Shown: piece by piece, positions 34,377 to 44,152 of the stretch
Layout: each line of letters opens with the position of its first letter
Position numbering within the stretch: position 1 is the stretch's first letter
Notes under the pieces: model-generated
What the model was told of the DNA's origin: nothing
The model's database searches: none
What the model saw: the letters and a program-made list of their open reading frames with translations, nothing else
Assembly (NCBI GenBank): GCA_903899845.1
Contig: CAIUKV010000038.1
Location: 346-64,345, forward strand
Source: an uncultured Actinomycetes bacterium
Lineage (GTDB): Bacteria; Actinomycetota; Acidimicrobiia; IMCC26256; PALSA-555
Direction: 5' to 3'
Length of the DNA stretch: 64,000 nucleotides
Made by a program: the position numbers and the translations under genes

Positions 34377-35630
34377 GTGCCCGCCGACATCCGCATCGAC
34401 GACCTGGCCCGGCCTGAGCTCACCGGATTCCAGCGCGCCGCGCTCGAGTTCGGCGAGACCCAGACGGTGGACCTGTCGGTCGACGCCGTGCTCGGCGCCG
34501 CCGTCGCCGCGAGCGGGCTCGACGACTTCGGGCCCGACGACTTCCGCGCCCGTCTCGACCTCTGGCTCCGCGAGGTCGACGAGGACCCCGACCGCACCGG
34601 GCTCGGCCGGCTGATCCTGTTCGGCAACGTCGTGCGCTACGCCACCAACCGACTGCGCACCGTCGATCTCCTGCGGCGTCACCCCGAGATCCACGACGTC
34701 GAGATCACCCGCCCGGTGATCGTCATCGGGCTCCCCCGCTCGGGCACCACCAACCTGGTCAACCTGATCGGCGCCGACACGCGGTTCCGGTCGATGCCGC
34801 TGTGGGAGAGCTACGAGCCGGTGCCCGACCCCCGGGAGGCCCCCGGGCCCGACGGGGTCGACCCCCGCTGGACCCGCTGTCAGCAGATGTGGGAGGCGAT
34901 GCGCACGAGCACGCCCCACGTGGCCGCGATGCACCCGATGGAGCCCGACCACATCCACGAGGAGATCGAGCTCCAGCTCTCCGACTTCGCCTCGTACAAC
35001 CAGGAGTGGGTCGGCCGGGTCCCCCGGTGGCGCGACCACTACCTCGCCCACGACCAGACCCCCCACTACGAGTGGATGCGGACCGGGCTGCAGATCCTCC
35101 AGTGGTACCGACCGCGCGAGCGCTGGGTGCTCAAGTCGCCCCAGCACCTCGAGCAGATCGGTCCCCTGCTGCACGCGTTCCCCGACGCGACCATCGTGGT
35201 CACCCACCGCGACCCGGTCGCCGTGGTGCAGTCGACCGCCACGATGATGGCCTACGCCGCCCGCATGAGCTACCGCGACACCCGGCCCGAGTGGTACCTC
35301 GAGTACTGGACCGACCGGATGCGCCGCCTGCTCGACCGTGGGGTCCGGGACCGCCACCTCCTCCCGGCCGACCGGACCCTCCACGTGCACTTCGACCGGT
35401 ACATGGCCGACGAGGTGGGCACGGTCGCCGAGGTCTACGACCTCGCCGGGCTCGCGCTGACCGACGAGGCCCGGGCCCGGATCGAGGCGTACCGGGCCGC
35501 CCACCCCCGAGGCAGGGACGGCCGCGTCGTCTACGACCTGCGGGCCGACTTCGGGGCGACCCCCGAGCAGGTCCGCGCCCCCTTCGGCTTCTACTTCGAC
35601 ACCTACGACGTACGGATCGAGGTCCGGTGA
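34377..35630 (+). CDS. PAPS-type sulfotransferase family protein
   Basis: ORF 34377..35630. 5-prime-PSB loop GLPRSGTT and 3-prime-PB-like THRDPVAVVQS. Confidence 0.85.
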   Translation: MPADIRIDDLARPELTGFQRAALEFGETQTVDLSVDAVLGAAVAASGLDDFGPDDFRARLDLWLREVDEDPDRTGLGRLILFGNVVRYATNRLRTVDLLRRHPEIHDVEITRPVIVIGLPRSGTTNLVNLIGADTRFRSMPLWESYEPVPDPREAPGPDGVDPRWTRCQQMWEAMRTSTPHVAAMHPMEPDHIHEEIELQLSDFASYNQEWVGRVPRWRDHYLAHDQTPHYEWMRTGLQILQWYRPRERWVLKSPQHLEQIGPLLHAFPDATIVVTHRDPVAVVQSTATMMAYAARMSYRDTRPEWYLEYWTDRMRRLLDRGVRDRHLLPADRTLHVHFDRYMADEVGTVAEVYDLAGLALTDEARARIEAYRAAHPRGRDGRVVYDLRADFGATPEQVRAPFGFYFDTYDVRIEVR

Positions 35631-36895
35631 ACATCTCCGAGCAGGTCGACCACCTCATCGACACCCGACCCGGCCGCGTGCTGCTTACCCCTGCGTACGA
35701 CGACCCGGCCCACCCGATCGTCGACGGGCTCCTCTACCGCTCCGGCGGCACCACCGCCGCCTACCTGCTCCTCACCGACGCCGGGCGGGTCGTGGTCAAC
35801 ACCGGCATGGGCTACGAGGCGCCCCACCACAAGCGCCTCTTCGACGCGATCCGGCCGGGGCCGACGCACCACATCATCACGACCCAGGCCCACGTCGACC
35901 ACGTGGGTGGCGTCGACCTGTTCCGGGAGCCCGGCACCGTCTACGTCGCCCAGGCCGCCAACCCGGCCTGTCAGGCCGACGACGCCCGCATCGCGGGTCT
36001 GCGCATGCGCACCGCCGGCATCTGGTTCGACATGCTCGGCACCGACGCCCGCCGGATCGCCGAGCAGAACCCCGGTGTGTCGATGCGCCAGTCCCGCCCG
36101 ACCCCGGACCTCACCTACGAGCACCGCATCGGGCTGACCGTCGACGGGCTGCGCATCGAGCTGCACGCCGCGGTCGGCGAGACGGTCGACTGCACCGTGG
36201 TCTGGCTGCCCGAGCACCGCATCGCGCTGGTCTCCAACCTGTTCGGCCCGTTGTTCCCCCACTTCCCGAACCTCAACACCATCCGGGGCGACAAGTACCG
36301 CTTCGTGGAGCCCCAGCTCGCGACGAACCGGATGGTGCGGGCGCTGCGACCGGAGATGCTGGTGACCGGTCGGCACGACCCGATCGTGGGGGCGGAACTG
36401 ATCGAGGCCTCGCTCGAGCGACTGCACGACGCCGTGGTGCACGTGCACGACCGGACCCTCGAGGGGTTCAACGCCGGCGTCGACGTCTGGACCCTGATGC
36501 GCGAGATCACGCTCCCGCCCGAGCTGCGGGTCGGGCAGGGGTACGGCAAGGTCGCCTGGGCGGTGCGCACGCTCTGGGAGCAGTACGTCGGGTGGTTCAA
36601 GCTCGAGTCCACCACCGAGCTGTATCCCGACAGCACGCCCGCCGCGCTCGACGAGCTGATCGCCGCCGCCGGGACCGAGGCCGCGCTGGCGCGCGCCGAG
36701 GCCGCGCTGGCCCGGGGCGATGCGGTCGTGGCCATCCGGATCGGCGAGGCGGTGGCCCGGGCCGTCCCCGACGATCCGCGACTGCGCACGCTGATGGCCG
36801 GCGCGCACCGCCACCTGCTCGACCACGGCGGCGACGTCAGCTTCTGGGAGCACGGCTGGCTGCGCACGGAGCTGGCCCGGTGGGAGGCCCCGTGA
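35627..36895 (+). CDS. MBL-fold hydrolase, alkyl/aryl-sulfatase (SdsA1/Bds1)-like, altered metal motif
   Basis: Tail of ORF 34802..36895 from VNISEQVD. GTGA overlap with the sulfotransferase stop. The HxHxDH position reads TQAHVDH. Alpha-helical C-terminal dimerisation-like region. Confidence 0.75.
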   Translation: MNISEQVDHLIDTRPGRVLLTPAYDDPAHPIVDGLLYRSGGTTAAYLLLTDAGRVVVNTGMGYEAPHHKRLFDAIRPGPTHHIITTQAHVDHVGGVDLFREPGTVYVAQAANPACQADDARIAGLRMRTAGIWFDMLGTDARRIAEQNPGVSMRQSRPTPDLTYEHRIGLTVDGLRIELHAAVGETVDCTVVWLPEHRIALVSNLFGPLFPHFPNLNTIRGDKYRFVEPQLATNRMVRALRPEMLVTGRHDPIVGAELIEASLERLHDAVVHVHDRTLEGFNAGVDVWTLMREITLPPELRVGQGYGKVAWAVRTLWEQYVGWFKLESTTELYPDSTPAALDELIAAAGTEAALARAEAALARGDAVVAIRIGEAVARAVPDDPRLRTLMAGAHRHLLDHGGDVSFWEHGWLRTELARWEAP

Positions 36896-36924
36896 CCGGG
36901 GTCGGACCCCCCCGGCCGGATGCC

Positions 36925-36930
36925 TAGGCT
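36925..36930 (+). promoter_or_regulatory. -10 box TAGGCT, leaderless start ATG 36937
   Basis: TANNNT 6 nt upstream of the start. Confidence 0.5.
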
Positions 36931-36936
36931 GACCGC

Positions 36937-39054
36937 ATGGCAGCTTCGGCCTTCTCCCGCCTGCTCGCGTCCGGCGCCATCGGGACGATGACGCTGCGCA
37001 ACCGAATCGTGATGCCGGCGATGGACCAGAACTCGTGCGACGGCGACGGGCACATCACCGATCGCAACGTCGCCCACTACGAGGCCCGGGCCCGCGGCGG
37101 GGTCGGGCTCCTGATCCTCGAGACGTCCGCGGTGGCGTACCCGGTGGGCGCGACGTCGCGGCACCAGCCCTCGCTCTCCGACGACGCCTGCATCCCGGGC
37201 CTGGCCCGCCTGGCCGAGGCCGTGCACGCCCACGGCACCCGCATGGCGGTGCAGATGTGCCACCACGGCAAGACCGCGGGCATCGACGTGATCGAGGGCC
37301 GGGAGCAGATCATCCCGTCGGTCCCCGTTCCCGACGACGAGATGTCGTTCGACCACCTCACCATGGACGAGATCATGCGGCTCGCCGGGACCACCGGCGG
37401 CAAGATGCCCGAACGACGGGCCGCGACCATCGACGAGCTCGCCTGGGTCGTGCAGTGCTTCGCCGACGCCGCCGCCCGCGTCCAGCAGGCCGGGCTCGAC
37501 GCGGTCGAGATCCACGCCGCGCACGGCTACCTGATCTCCACCTTCCTCTCGCCGAAGTACAACCGGCGCACCGACGAGTACGGCGGGTCCACCGAGAACC
37601 GGGCCCGCTTGCTGTGCGAGGTGGTCCGGGCGATCAAGGCCCGCTGCGGCGACGGGTTCCCGGTCATCGTGCGGCTCGACGCGACCGAGCACTCCGAGGG
37701 CGGGATCACCCCCGACCTCGCCGCCGACCACGCCCGCCTGGCCGAGGCCGCCGGCGCCGACGCGATCCACGTGTCGGCGAACTCGCCGCGTGCGGTCGGG
37801 ACCGGCTTCACCGATGCCCCCCTTCCCCGCCTCCCGGGGCAGTACGTCGACTACGCCCGCACGGTGAAGGCGGCGGTGTCGGTCCCGGTGATCGCGGTCG
37901 GCCGCATCATGCCCGAGCAGGCCGAGGCGGTCCTCGCCGAGGGCGTGTGCGACTTCGTGGCCATGGGCCGCCAGCTCCTCGCCGACCCCGATCTCCCGAG
38001 CCGACTCGCGGCCGGCCGCCCCGACCTGGTGCGCACCTGCATCAACTGCTACGTGTGCGTGGCCGAGAACTTCTGGGACGGCGCGCCCGTCTGCGCGATC
38101 AACGCCGACCTCGGCCACTACGACCGGCCTCCCGTGGCCCCCGCAGCCCCGGCGCGCCACGTCGTCGTCGTCGGTGGTGGGCCCGGAGGGCTCGAGGCCG
38201 CCCGGGTCGCTGCGGGACGGGGCCACCGGGTGACCCTGCTCGAGCGGGCACCTCACCTCGGCGGCACCGCCCGGTTCTCGGCCCTCACCACGCCCATGAA
38301 CGGCGAGCTCGTGCGCTACCTCACCGCGGCGGTCACCGACGCCGGGGTCGACGTGCGCTGCGGGGTGACCGCCACCCCCGAGTCGGTGGCCGGGCTCGCG
38401 CCCGACGTCGTGGTCGTCGCCACCGGCGCCCGCCGGGACCGACCCGACGTCCCCGGCGCCGATCTCCCGCACGCCCTGTCGGGCGACGACCTCCGGGCCC
38501 TGCTCACCGGCGACGACCCTGCGGCCGCCAAGCGCCTCGGCCTCGGGGCCCGCGTGCTGGTCGGCACCGGCCGCCGCCTCGGCCTCACCGACGACATGGA
38601 CTCCGTCCGGCGTCTCTCGACCCGGTGGATGCCCGTCGGCCGCACGGTCGTCGTGGTGGGCGGTGGGCTCGTCGGGCTCGAGCTCGCCGAGTTCCTCGCC
38701 GAGCGCGGCCGCACGGTGACCGTGCTCGAGGCGGGCGACAAGCTGGGGACGGAGATGGCCCACCCCCGGCGGGCCCGGGCCATCCACGAGGCCCGCAGCC
38801 ACGGCGTCACCCTGGTCACCGGCGCGACCCTCACCGCCATCGGGGCCGACACCGTCACCTTCACCGTCGGCGACGAGACCCGCACCGCGCCGGCGGCCCA
38901 CGTGATCTTCGCCACCGGGGTCCACGGCGACACCCGGCTCGCCGACGCCCTGCGCGACCGCGGCCTCGAGGTCCACGTCGTGGGTGACGCCGGCGAGGTC
39001 GGCTACATCCAGAACGCCGTGGCCACGGGCAACGCCGTGGGCCGTTCCGTCTGA
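36937..39054 (+). CDS. NADH:flavin oxidoreductase / 2,4-dienoyl-CoA reductase (FadH)-like
   Basis: ORF 36937..39054. OYE-like N-terminal domain (MPAMDQN, HAAHGYLISTFLSP), then VVVVGGGPGGLEAA and VVVVGGGLVGLELAEFL dinucleotide folds. TAGGCT lies 6 nt upstream of the ATG. Confidence 0.9.
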   Translation: MAASAFSRLLASGAIGTMTLRNRIVMPAMDQNSCDGDGHITDRNVAHYEARARGGVGLLILETSAVAYPVGATSRHQPSLSDDACIPGLARLAEAVHAHGTRMAVQMCHHGKTAGIDVIEGREQIIPSVPVPDDEMSFDHLTMDEIMRLAGTTGGKMPERRAATIDELAWVVQCFADAAARVQQAGLDAVEIHAAHGYLISTFLSPKYNRRTDEYGGSTENRARLLCEVVRAIKARCGDGFPVIVRLDATEHSEGGITPDLAADHARLAEAAGADAIHVSANSPRAVGTGFTDAPLPRLPGQYVDYARTVKAAVSVPVIAVGRIMPEQAEAVLAEGVCDFVAMGRQLLADPDLPSRLAAGRPDLVRTCINCYVCVAENFWDGAPVCAINADLGHYDRPPVAPAAPARHVVVVGGGPGGLEAARVAAGRGHRVTLLERAPHLGGTARFSALTTPMNGELVRYLTAAVTDAGVDVRCGVTATPESVAGLAPDVVVVATGARRDRPDVPGADLPHALSGDDLRALLTGDDPAAAKRLGLGARVLVGTGRRLGLTDDMDSVRRLSTRWMPVGRTVVVVGGGLVGLELAEFLAERGRTVTVLEAGDKLGTEMAHPRRARAIHEARSHGVTLVTGATLTAIGADTVTFTVGDETRTAPAAHVIFATGVHGDTRLADALRDRGLEVHVVGDAGEVGYIQNAVATGNAVGRSV

Positions 39055-39065
39055 CCGGCGGCGCC

Positions 39066-40145
39066 GTGACCCTGAGCGTGGCGATCGTCGGGAGCGCCGG
39101 CGCGTGCGGACGTCAGCTCGCTGCCCAGCTGCTCGACCGGCGCACGGTCGCGCCGACGGCCCGCCTCCAGCTCGTGGTGCACCACGACGGGATCAGCGCC
39201 ACCGAGGGACACGGGCTCCGGGCCGATCTGCGCGACGCCTTCGCCGACGACGCGCCGACGATCGAGCTGGTCGAGCACCCCGACGACGTCGTCGCCGACG
39301 TGGTGGTGATGCTCGCCGGGGCGACCCTGCCGAGCGACCCGAACGCCGCCATCGACCGGGCCGGTCTCGCGACCGGAAACTTCGCGGTGTTCCGTGAGTA
39401 CGCCGATGCCCTGAGCCGCCGCGGTGGACCCGCGCCCTGGGTCGTCGTCCAGTCGAACCCGGTCGAGCTCGGCGTCGCGGTCTTCGCCGAGGCGCTCGGT
39501 CCCGACCGGGTGATCGGGGCCGGCGCGTACTCCGACACCCTGCGCTTCCGGCGCGAGATCGCCGACGGACTCGGTCGGCGCCGCCCCCAGGTCCACGGCT
39601 TCATGGTCGGCCAGCACGGCGACCACCTGGTGCCGGCGTGGAGCACCGTGGCCGTCGACGGCATCGACGCCGATGCGCTCGCGGACTGGATCCGCGGCCA
39701 GCGCCGGGACCGCCCGCTCACCGGGCTCCCCGACGAGATCCGCGCCACCCGCGACGCGTTGGTCGCCCAGGTGGGACGGGGCGAGATCGACGAGGCCTTC
39801 CGGGTCCTCGCCGGGTGCCCGGCCGACCTGCGGGCAGCCGTGAAGCCCTTCCTCGTGCACTACACCGCCGGGCGGACCACGGAGATGGTCACCGCCCACG
39901 CCGTGGCCGACCTCATCGGGATCCTCACGCGCGGCACCCCCGAGGTCGTGTCGGTGCAGGTCGCCCTCGACGGTGCATCCGCCGGCGCGGGCCTGACCGG
40001 GGTCGGGGCGATCCCCGTGACGCTCGACCGTGTGGGCTGGACGCCCGCTCCGGTCGTGCTCGCCGACGACGAGGACGCCGCGCTGCGGGCCGCGCTCGAC
40101 GCCGCGCGGGCGCTCCGGGCGCAGATGCCCGACCGGGCCACCTGA
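39066..40145 (+). CDS. lactate/malate dehydrogenase family oxidoreductase
   Basis: ORF 39066..40145. VAIVGSAGACG, VVVQSNPVE, GQHGDHLVP (catalytic His block). Confidence 0.75.
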   Translation: MTLSVAIVGSAGACGRQLAAQLLDRRTVAPTARLQLVVHHDGISATEGHGLRADLRDAFADDAPTIELVEHPDDVVADVVVMLAGATLPSDPNAAIDRAGLATGNFAVFREYADALSRRGGPAPWVVVQSNPVELGVAVFAEALGPDRVIGAGAYSDTLRFRREIADGLGRRRPQVHGFMVGQHGDHLVPAWSTVAVDGIDADALADWIRGQRRDRPLTGLPDEIRATRDALVAQVGRGEIDEAFRVLAGCPADLRAAVKPFLVHYTAGRTTEMVTAHAVADLIGILTRGTPEVVSVQVALDGASAGAGLTGVGAIPVTLDRVGWTPAPVVLADDEDAALRAALDAARALRAQMPDRAT

Positions 40146-40164
40146 ACGCCACCCGACCGGCGCC

Positions 40165-40170
40165 TACGCT
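40165..40170 (+). promoter_or_regulatory. -10 box TACGCT, leaderless start GTG 40177
   Basis: TANNNT 6 nt upstream of the start. Confidence 0.45.
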
Positions 40171-40176
40171 CCTCCC

Positions 40177-40971
40177 GTGCTCGACGGGATCTACCGCCTC
40201 CCCGGCTGGCTGGTCGTGGCCATCGGGCTCGTCCTGTTCTCCGCTGCGGCCCTGGCTGCCCGCGGGCTCGCCGAGCGCCGGGCCGACGCCGGGCGCCGGG
40301 CCCGCATGGCCACCATCGCGGCCCCCCTCACCCCGGCCTTCGCCGCGCTGTTCTCGGTGATGATCGCCTTCACCGTCGTCGCCGAGGCCCAGCACCTCCG
40401 GACCGTCCAGAGCCTGGCCAACGACGAGGCCGCGGCGGCCGCGCGCCTTGCGTGGGCCGCGACCGCTTCGGTACCCGAGCGGGCCCGGATCCAGTCCGAC
40501 CTCGCCGAGTACCTCGACGCCGTCATCGCGGTGGATTGGGGGGACCGCGACGAGAGCGGCCGCACCCCGGCTCGTCTCGCGCGCGCCACGCAGCGACTGG
40601 AGACCGCAGCCCGGGGGGCGGCACGGGGTCTCACCTCACCCGAGGCCGCCGAGACGCTCAGCGCACTCGACGCGGTCACCACGCTCCGACGTCAGCTCGT
40701 CGCCGAGTCCAGCCGCACGCTGCCGGCGCCGTACCTGCTCGTGCTGCTGCTGACCGGGCTCGCCCTCGTGGTCAACGTCTCGGTGCTCACGCTCGGCGCC
40801 GGCCGCCGCGCGCTCTGGCTGATCCCCGGGATCGTGGTCGTGGTCGTCGCCGCCCTCAGCCTGTTGGTGGGGATCTCCGCGCCGCTGTCCGGACCGCTCC
40901 AGCTGAGCCCCACGGCGATCGAGCGGGTCGCGATCGACCTGCGCGCCGGGCTCTTCCGACTGGCGCCCTGA
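40177..40971 (+). CDS. DUF4239-like membrane protein
   Basis: Real part of ORF 40030..40971 from VLDGIYRLPGWLV. TM helices at both ends with a helical middle region. TACGCT lies 6 nt upstream of the GTG. Confidence 0.6.
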   Translation: MLDGIYRLPGWLVVAIGLVLFSAAALAARGLAERRADAGRRARMATIAAPLTPAFAALFSVMIAFTVVAEAQHLRTVQSLANDEAAAAARLAWAATASVPERARIQSDLAEYLDAVIAVDWGDRDESGRTPARLARATQRLETAARGAARGLTSPEAAETLSALDAVTTLRRQLVAESSRTLPAPYLLVLLLTGLALVVNVSVLTLGAGRRALWLIPGIVVVVVAALSLLVGISAPLSGPLQLSPTAIERVAIDLRAGLFRLAP

Positions 40972-40984
40972 GCCCGTTCCGGGC

Positions 40985-42106
40985 TCAGCGGGCGACGACC
41001 CCGGGGAGGTCGGCGAACTTCACCACCTCGCACGTGGGGGTGACGATCTCGCCCTCGGGGAGGAAGAACCGGAAGAACATCGTGCCGAGGTTGCGGCCCT
41101 CGGTGTCGATCCAGTTCGGGTGGCCCGGGTCGGTGTGGGCGAGCACGAGGGTGTAGCCGCCGTCGGGGTCGAGGACCGTGTTGGCCCGGTTCCGGCTCAC
41201 CTGCCGGTTCACGTAGTCGTACATCTGGGACCATCGGTTCCAGAGGCAGAGGTTGGCGAAGCGGCACTCGGGCCACCGTCCCCGGACGACCAGGGCCTCG
41301 TCGTCGCCGATGAGGAACGGCGCCATCGCGTACGCGGCGTCGAACGCGGCGAAGGCCAGGTTGCCCGGCACCACCGGTGGACGGAACTCGTTGGGCACCC
41401 GCGACACGAAGGGGATGTCGACGTCGGGCGCCGGGGCCGGGTTGGCGATCGTCTTGGTCCGCACGTGCGTGATCACCCGCTGCAGCGCGGCCGCGACCCG
41501 TTCGTCCCCCCAGCGGGGTGGGGCCGGGGGCCGGTCGATGCACTCGATCGCGAGGGGCACGTGGAGGTCCTGCGCGGCCGCGGCCGACACCGGCCACTCG
41601 AAGTAGTGGCGCGTGGTGATCCGACCACCGCCCTCGGGGACCGCGAGCCAGTTCCGATCGCTCGGGGCTCCACCGAGTCGGATCGTGTACGCGCCGTCGG
41701 GAGCGACGTCCATGTCGTCGTCGCGCAGGACCCCCGAGGTGTGCGTCGCGTACGCGCCGTCGGCGGCACCCGCCTCCATCGTGAACGACGTGTAGACCGC
41801 GCCGGCGAGGTTGCCGCGCACCACGTACTCGTGTCCGGCGGCGACGGGCGTCTCGAAGTAGACGGCGTCGGCGTTGTCCCCGGTGAACGACCGGGTCGGC
41901 GACACGATCCGGTGGAACACCGGCCGCAACGGATCGAGCTCCTGGTGCGAGTAGAGCGCGCTCTGCAGGATGTGGGTGAGGTTCCGGAAGCCCTCGGCGA
42001 CGTCGTCGTCGGTCATGCCCGGGCCGGGCACCACCCACTCGTCCGCCACCTGGCCCAGCAGCGCCACCAGCTCGGCGAACCTGGCTCGGGACTGCAGCTC
42101 GCTCAC
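40985..42106 (-). CDS. DUF1214-family protein
   Basis: C-terminal 373 aa of ORF 40985..43555, from VSELQSRARF. GGGGGAG SD upstream. Blocks DNADAVYFETPV, TTRHYFEW and WNRWSQMYDY. Confidence 0.8.
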   Translation of the reverse strand: MSELQSRARFAELVALLGQVADEWVVPGPGMTDDDVAEGFRNLTHILQSALYSHQELDPLRPVFHRIVSPTRSFTGDNADAVYFETPVAAGHEYVVRGNLAGAVYTSFTMEAGAADGAYATHTSGVLRDDDMDVAPDGAYTIRLGGAPSDRNWLAVPEGGGRITTRHYFEWPVSAAAAQDLHVPLAIECIDRPPAPPRWGDERVAAALQRVITHVRTKTIANPAPAPDVDIPFVSRVPNEFRPPVVPGNLAFAAFDAAYAMAPFLIGDDEALVVRGRWPECRFANLCLWNRWSQMYDYVNRQVSRNRANTVLDPDGGYTLVLAHTDPGHPNWIDTEGRNLGTMFFRFFLPEGEIVTPTCEVVKFADLPGVVAR

Positions 42107-42223
42107 GGCTCCCCCTCTCGGCCCGGGACCCGGGCCCGGCGGGGGCCATTGTCGCCCACGCCCGGCGGGGGCGCACGGGGCCGGGCCGGAATCCCCCGGG
42201 CGCCGCGCCGGTTGGCCCCGTCC

Positions 42224-43210
42224 GTGACGTGGACTCCCCCCGACCTCGCGGTGGTGGGCTACCCCCAGCGCCTCGTGGCCGACCACCGGGCCCTGCTCGC
42301 CGCCGCCGCGGACGCCGGGCTCGCCGCCGAGCTGGTCGATCCGTCGCGCCTCGGCCTCGCCGTCGTGGACGGACGGGTGCAGGGCCTCGTGGACGGGGAG
42401 CCCCGCACCCCGGCCGCGGTGCTGCCCCGGGGCGTGAACCGCCCGTGGCCCTTCGTCCGCCAGGTCTGCACCGCGTGGGCCCGGGCCGGGGCGGTCGTCC
42501 TGCCCACCGTGGCCGCCGCCGACCGTTGCGCCGACAAGCTCGAGACGCTGGGCCGGCTCGCCGAGCGCGGGGTTCCGGTGATGCCCGCGGTCGGCGTCCT
42601 GCCCGGACCCGGCACCGCCCTCGGACCGCTCGCCGCGACCCCGGTCCTGGTGACCAAGCCCGCCCGCGCCTCGAAGGGCCGAGGGGTGTCGGCGGCCGAC
42701 GCCGCCACGACCCACGACCACCTGCGGACCGTCCTCCCGCTCGTGGACGGGCACGCCGACCACCAGGTCGTCCAGCCCCGCGCCTCGGGCTGGGGCGTCG
42801 ACCATCGGGTGGTCGTCGCCGACGGGACGGTCGTCGCGATGACGCGACGGACCGCGCCGCCCGGCGGCCTCGTGACCAACGCCCCCGAGGCCCGGGTCGA
42901 GGATGTCGTCGATCCCGCCGGCGACGAGCCCGAGGTCGCCGCGGTCGCGCTCGCCGCCGCCGCAGCGCTCGACCTCGAGTTCGGCGGCATCGACGTGATC
43001 GTCGATGCGGGCCGGGCGGTGGTGCTCGAGGCCAACGCGTGGCCCGGCCTCGCCGCGCACGTGCGCGGCCCGGGCGTCGCCCGGGTGCTGGTCGGGCTGG
43101 TCCGGCGGGCACTGGAGCCCGCCGTCGATCAGGTCGGGACCGCTCTGCGCCCGCCGTGGACCCACGCCGCGAGGGCCGGCGGCACCTGGGCCGCGATGAT
43201 CGCCTCGTAG
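42224..43210 (+). CDS. ATP-grasp (RimK/alpha-L-glutamate ligase-like) protein
   Basis: Tail of ORF 41120..43210 from VTWTPPDLAVVGY. Blocks VLVTKPARASKGRGV, VVQPRA and GGIDVIVDAGRAVVLEANAWPG. The 3-prime end overlaps the next gene by 82 nt. Confidence 0.7.
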   Translation: MTWTPPDLAVVGYPQRLVADHRALLAAAADAGLAAELVDPSRLGLAVVDGRVQGLVDGEPRTPAAVLPRGVNRPWPFVRQVCTAWARAGAVVLPTVAAADRCADKLETLGRLAERGVPVMPAVGVLPGPGTALGPLAATPVLVTKPARASKGRGVSAADAATTHDHLRTVLPLVDGHADHQVVQPRASGWGVDHRVVVADGTVVAMTRRTAPPGGLVTNAPEARVEDVVDPAGDEPEVAAVALAAAAALDLEFGGIDVIVDAGRAVVLEANAWPGLAAHVRGPGVARVLVGLVRRALEPAVDQVGTALRPPWTHAARAGGTWAAMIAS

Positions 43211-44043
43211 TCGGCCTCGAGGTCCGGATCGAACGCCCCGCTCCGGCGGGCGGCCCGGAAGAACGCGGCGTCGTCCCGCCACATCCCGACGACCGCGTTC
43301 GGCGCATAGTCCGACGCCCGGGCCTGCATCTGGGAGAACGCGACCGCATCGGCCACGGCGGCGTCGCGGGCCGCGTCGGGCCCGAGCCCGAGCAGCGCCG
43401 CGATCCGGCCGATCTCCGCCGTCCGGTCCTCGGTGAGGTCGACGTAGTGGAACAGCCCGATGGCCGGATCGTCGGCCGCGTCCCAGAACGTGCGCCAGTG
43501 GTGCAGGCAGCGCTGCAGGGACGACAGCGAGTACGGCGGGTTCGTGCGCACCCACTCGCGCAGGCGCACCTCGGGATCGGGTGGCGGCCCCGGCGTCGGC
43601 CCGAAGTCGGCGAGATCATGGTTGCCGACGGCGCGCTCACGCAGCGCGAGCACCCGGTCCATGTCGAGGTTGGCCTGATGGTCCACCATCGAGCGGGCCA
43701 TGTCGTGGGGGTCGCGGCCCACGCACACGTAGGTCACCCCGGGCTCGCGCGGAAGCCCGTCCATGGGCGTGTGGGTCTTGATCACCCGCCGGCCGTCCTG
43801 GGCGTCGAGGACCGCGACCACCACGTCGATCGCCTCGACCTGCTGGTCCAGCCACGGCGACAGGACCGAGACCGGTGCCCCGAGCTCGACCGTGCCCCGC
43901 ACGAGCATGCAGCAGATGGTCTGGGTCCAGGTCGTCCCCGCCTTGGGCGGCGTGCTCACCACCACGTCACCGGCGCGCAGCGCGAAGCGCTCCCACCGGG
44001 CGCTGTCGTGCATGAGGCTTCGGTAGCGGACGCGTTCGGACAT
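43129..44043 (-). CDS. sulfotransferase domain protein
   Basis: ORF 43129..44043. PSB loop PPKAGTTW, KTHTP, and 3-prime-PB GRDPHDMARS. Confidence 0.85.
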   Translation of the reverse strand: MSERVRYRSLMHDSARWERFALRAGDVVVSTPPKAGTTWTQTICCMLVRGTVELGAPVSVLSPWLDQQVEAIDVVVAVLDAQDGRRVIKTHTPMDGLPREPGVTYVCVGRDPHDMARSMVDHQANLDMDRVLALRERAVGNHDLADFGPTPGPPPDPEVRLREWVRTNPPYSLSSLQRCLHHWRTFWDAADDPAIGLFHYVDLTEDRTAEIGRIAALLGLGPDAARDAAVADAVAFSQMQARASDYAPNAVVGMWRDDAAFFRAARRSGAFDPDLEADYEAIIAAQVPPALAAWVHGGRRAVPT

Positions 44044-44140
44044 GGCGGCCTCGGGGCGGGCGCGGCGCGGGAGCGGGGACCGCAGTCTCGCCCGCTCGGC
44101 GGTGGTGCCGCCATCCCGGTTCCCGGGCCACCGGGTTTGT

Positions 44141-44146
44141 TACCGT
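44141..44146 (+). promoter_or_regulatory. -10 box TACCGT, leaderless start GTG 44153
   Basis: TANNNT 6 nt upstream of the start. Confidence 0.45.
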
Positions 44147-44152
44147 CCGCCC

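Noticed and set aside
36115-38976. 953-aa minus-strand ORF, one of the largest in the track.
   Set aside because: Antisense to the MBL and FadH-like genes, low-complexity Gly/Arg/Asp/Val composition, no motifs. The plus-strand frames carry canonical OYE and GxGxxG signatures.
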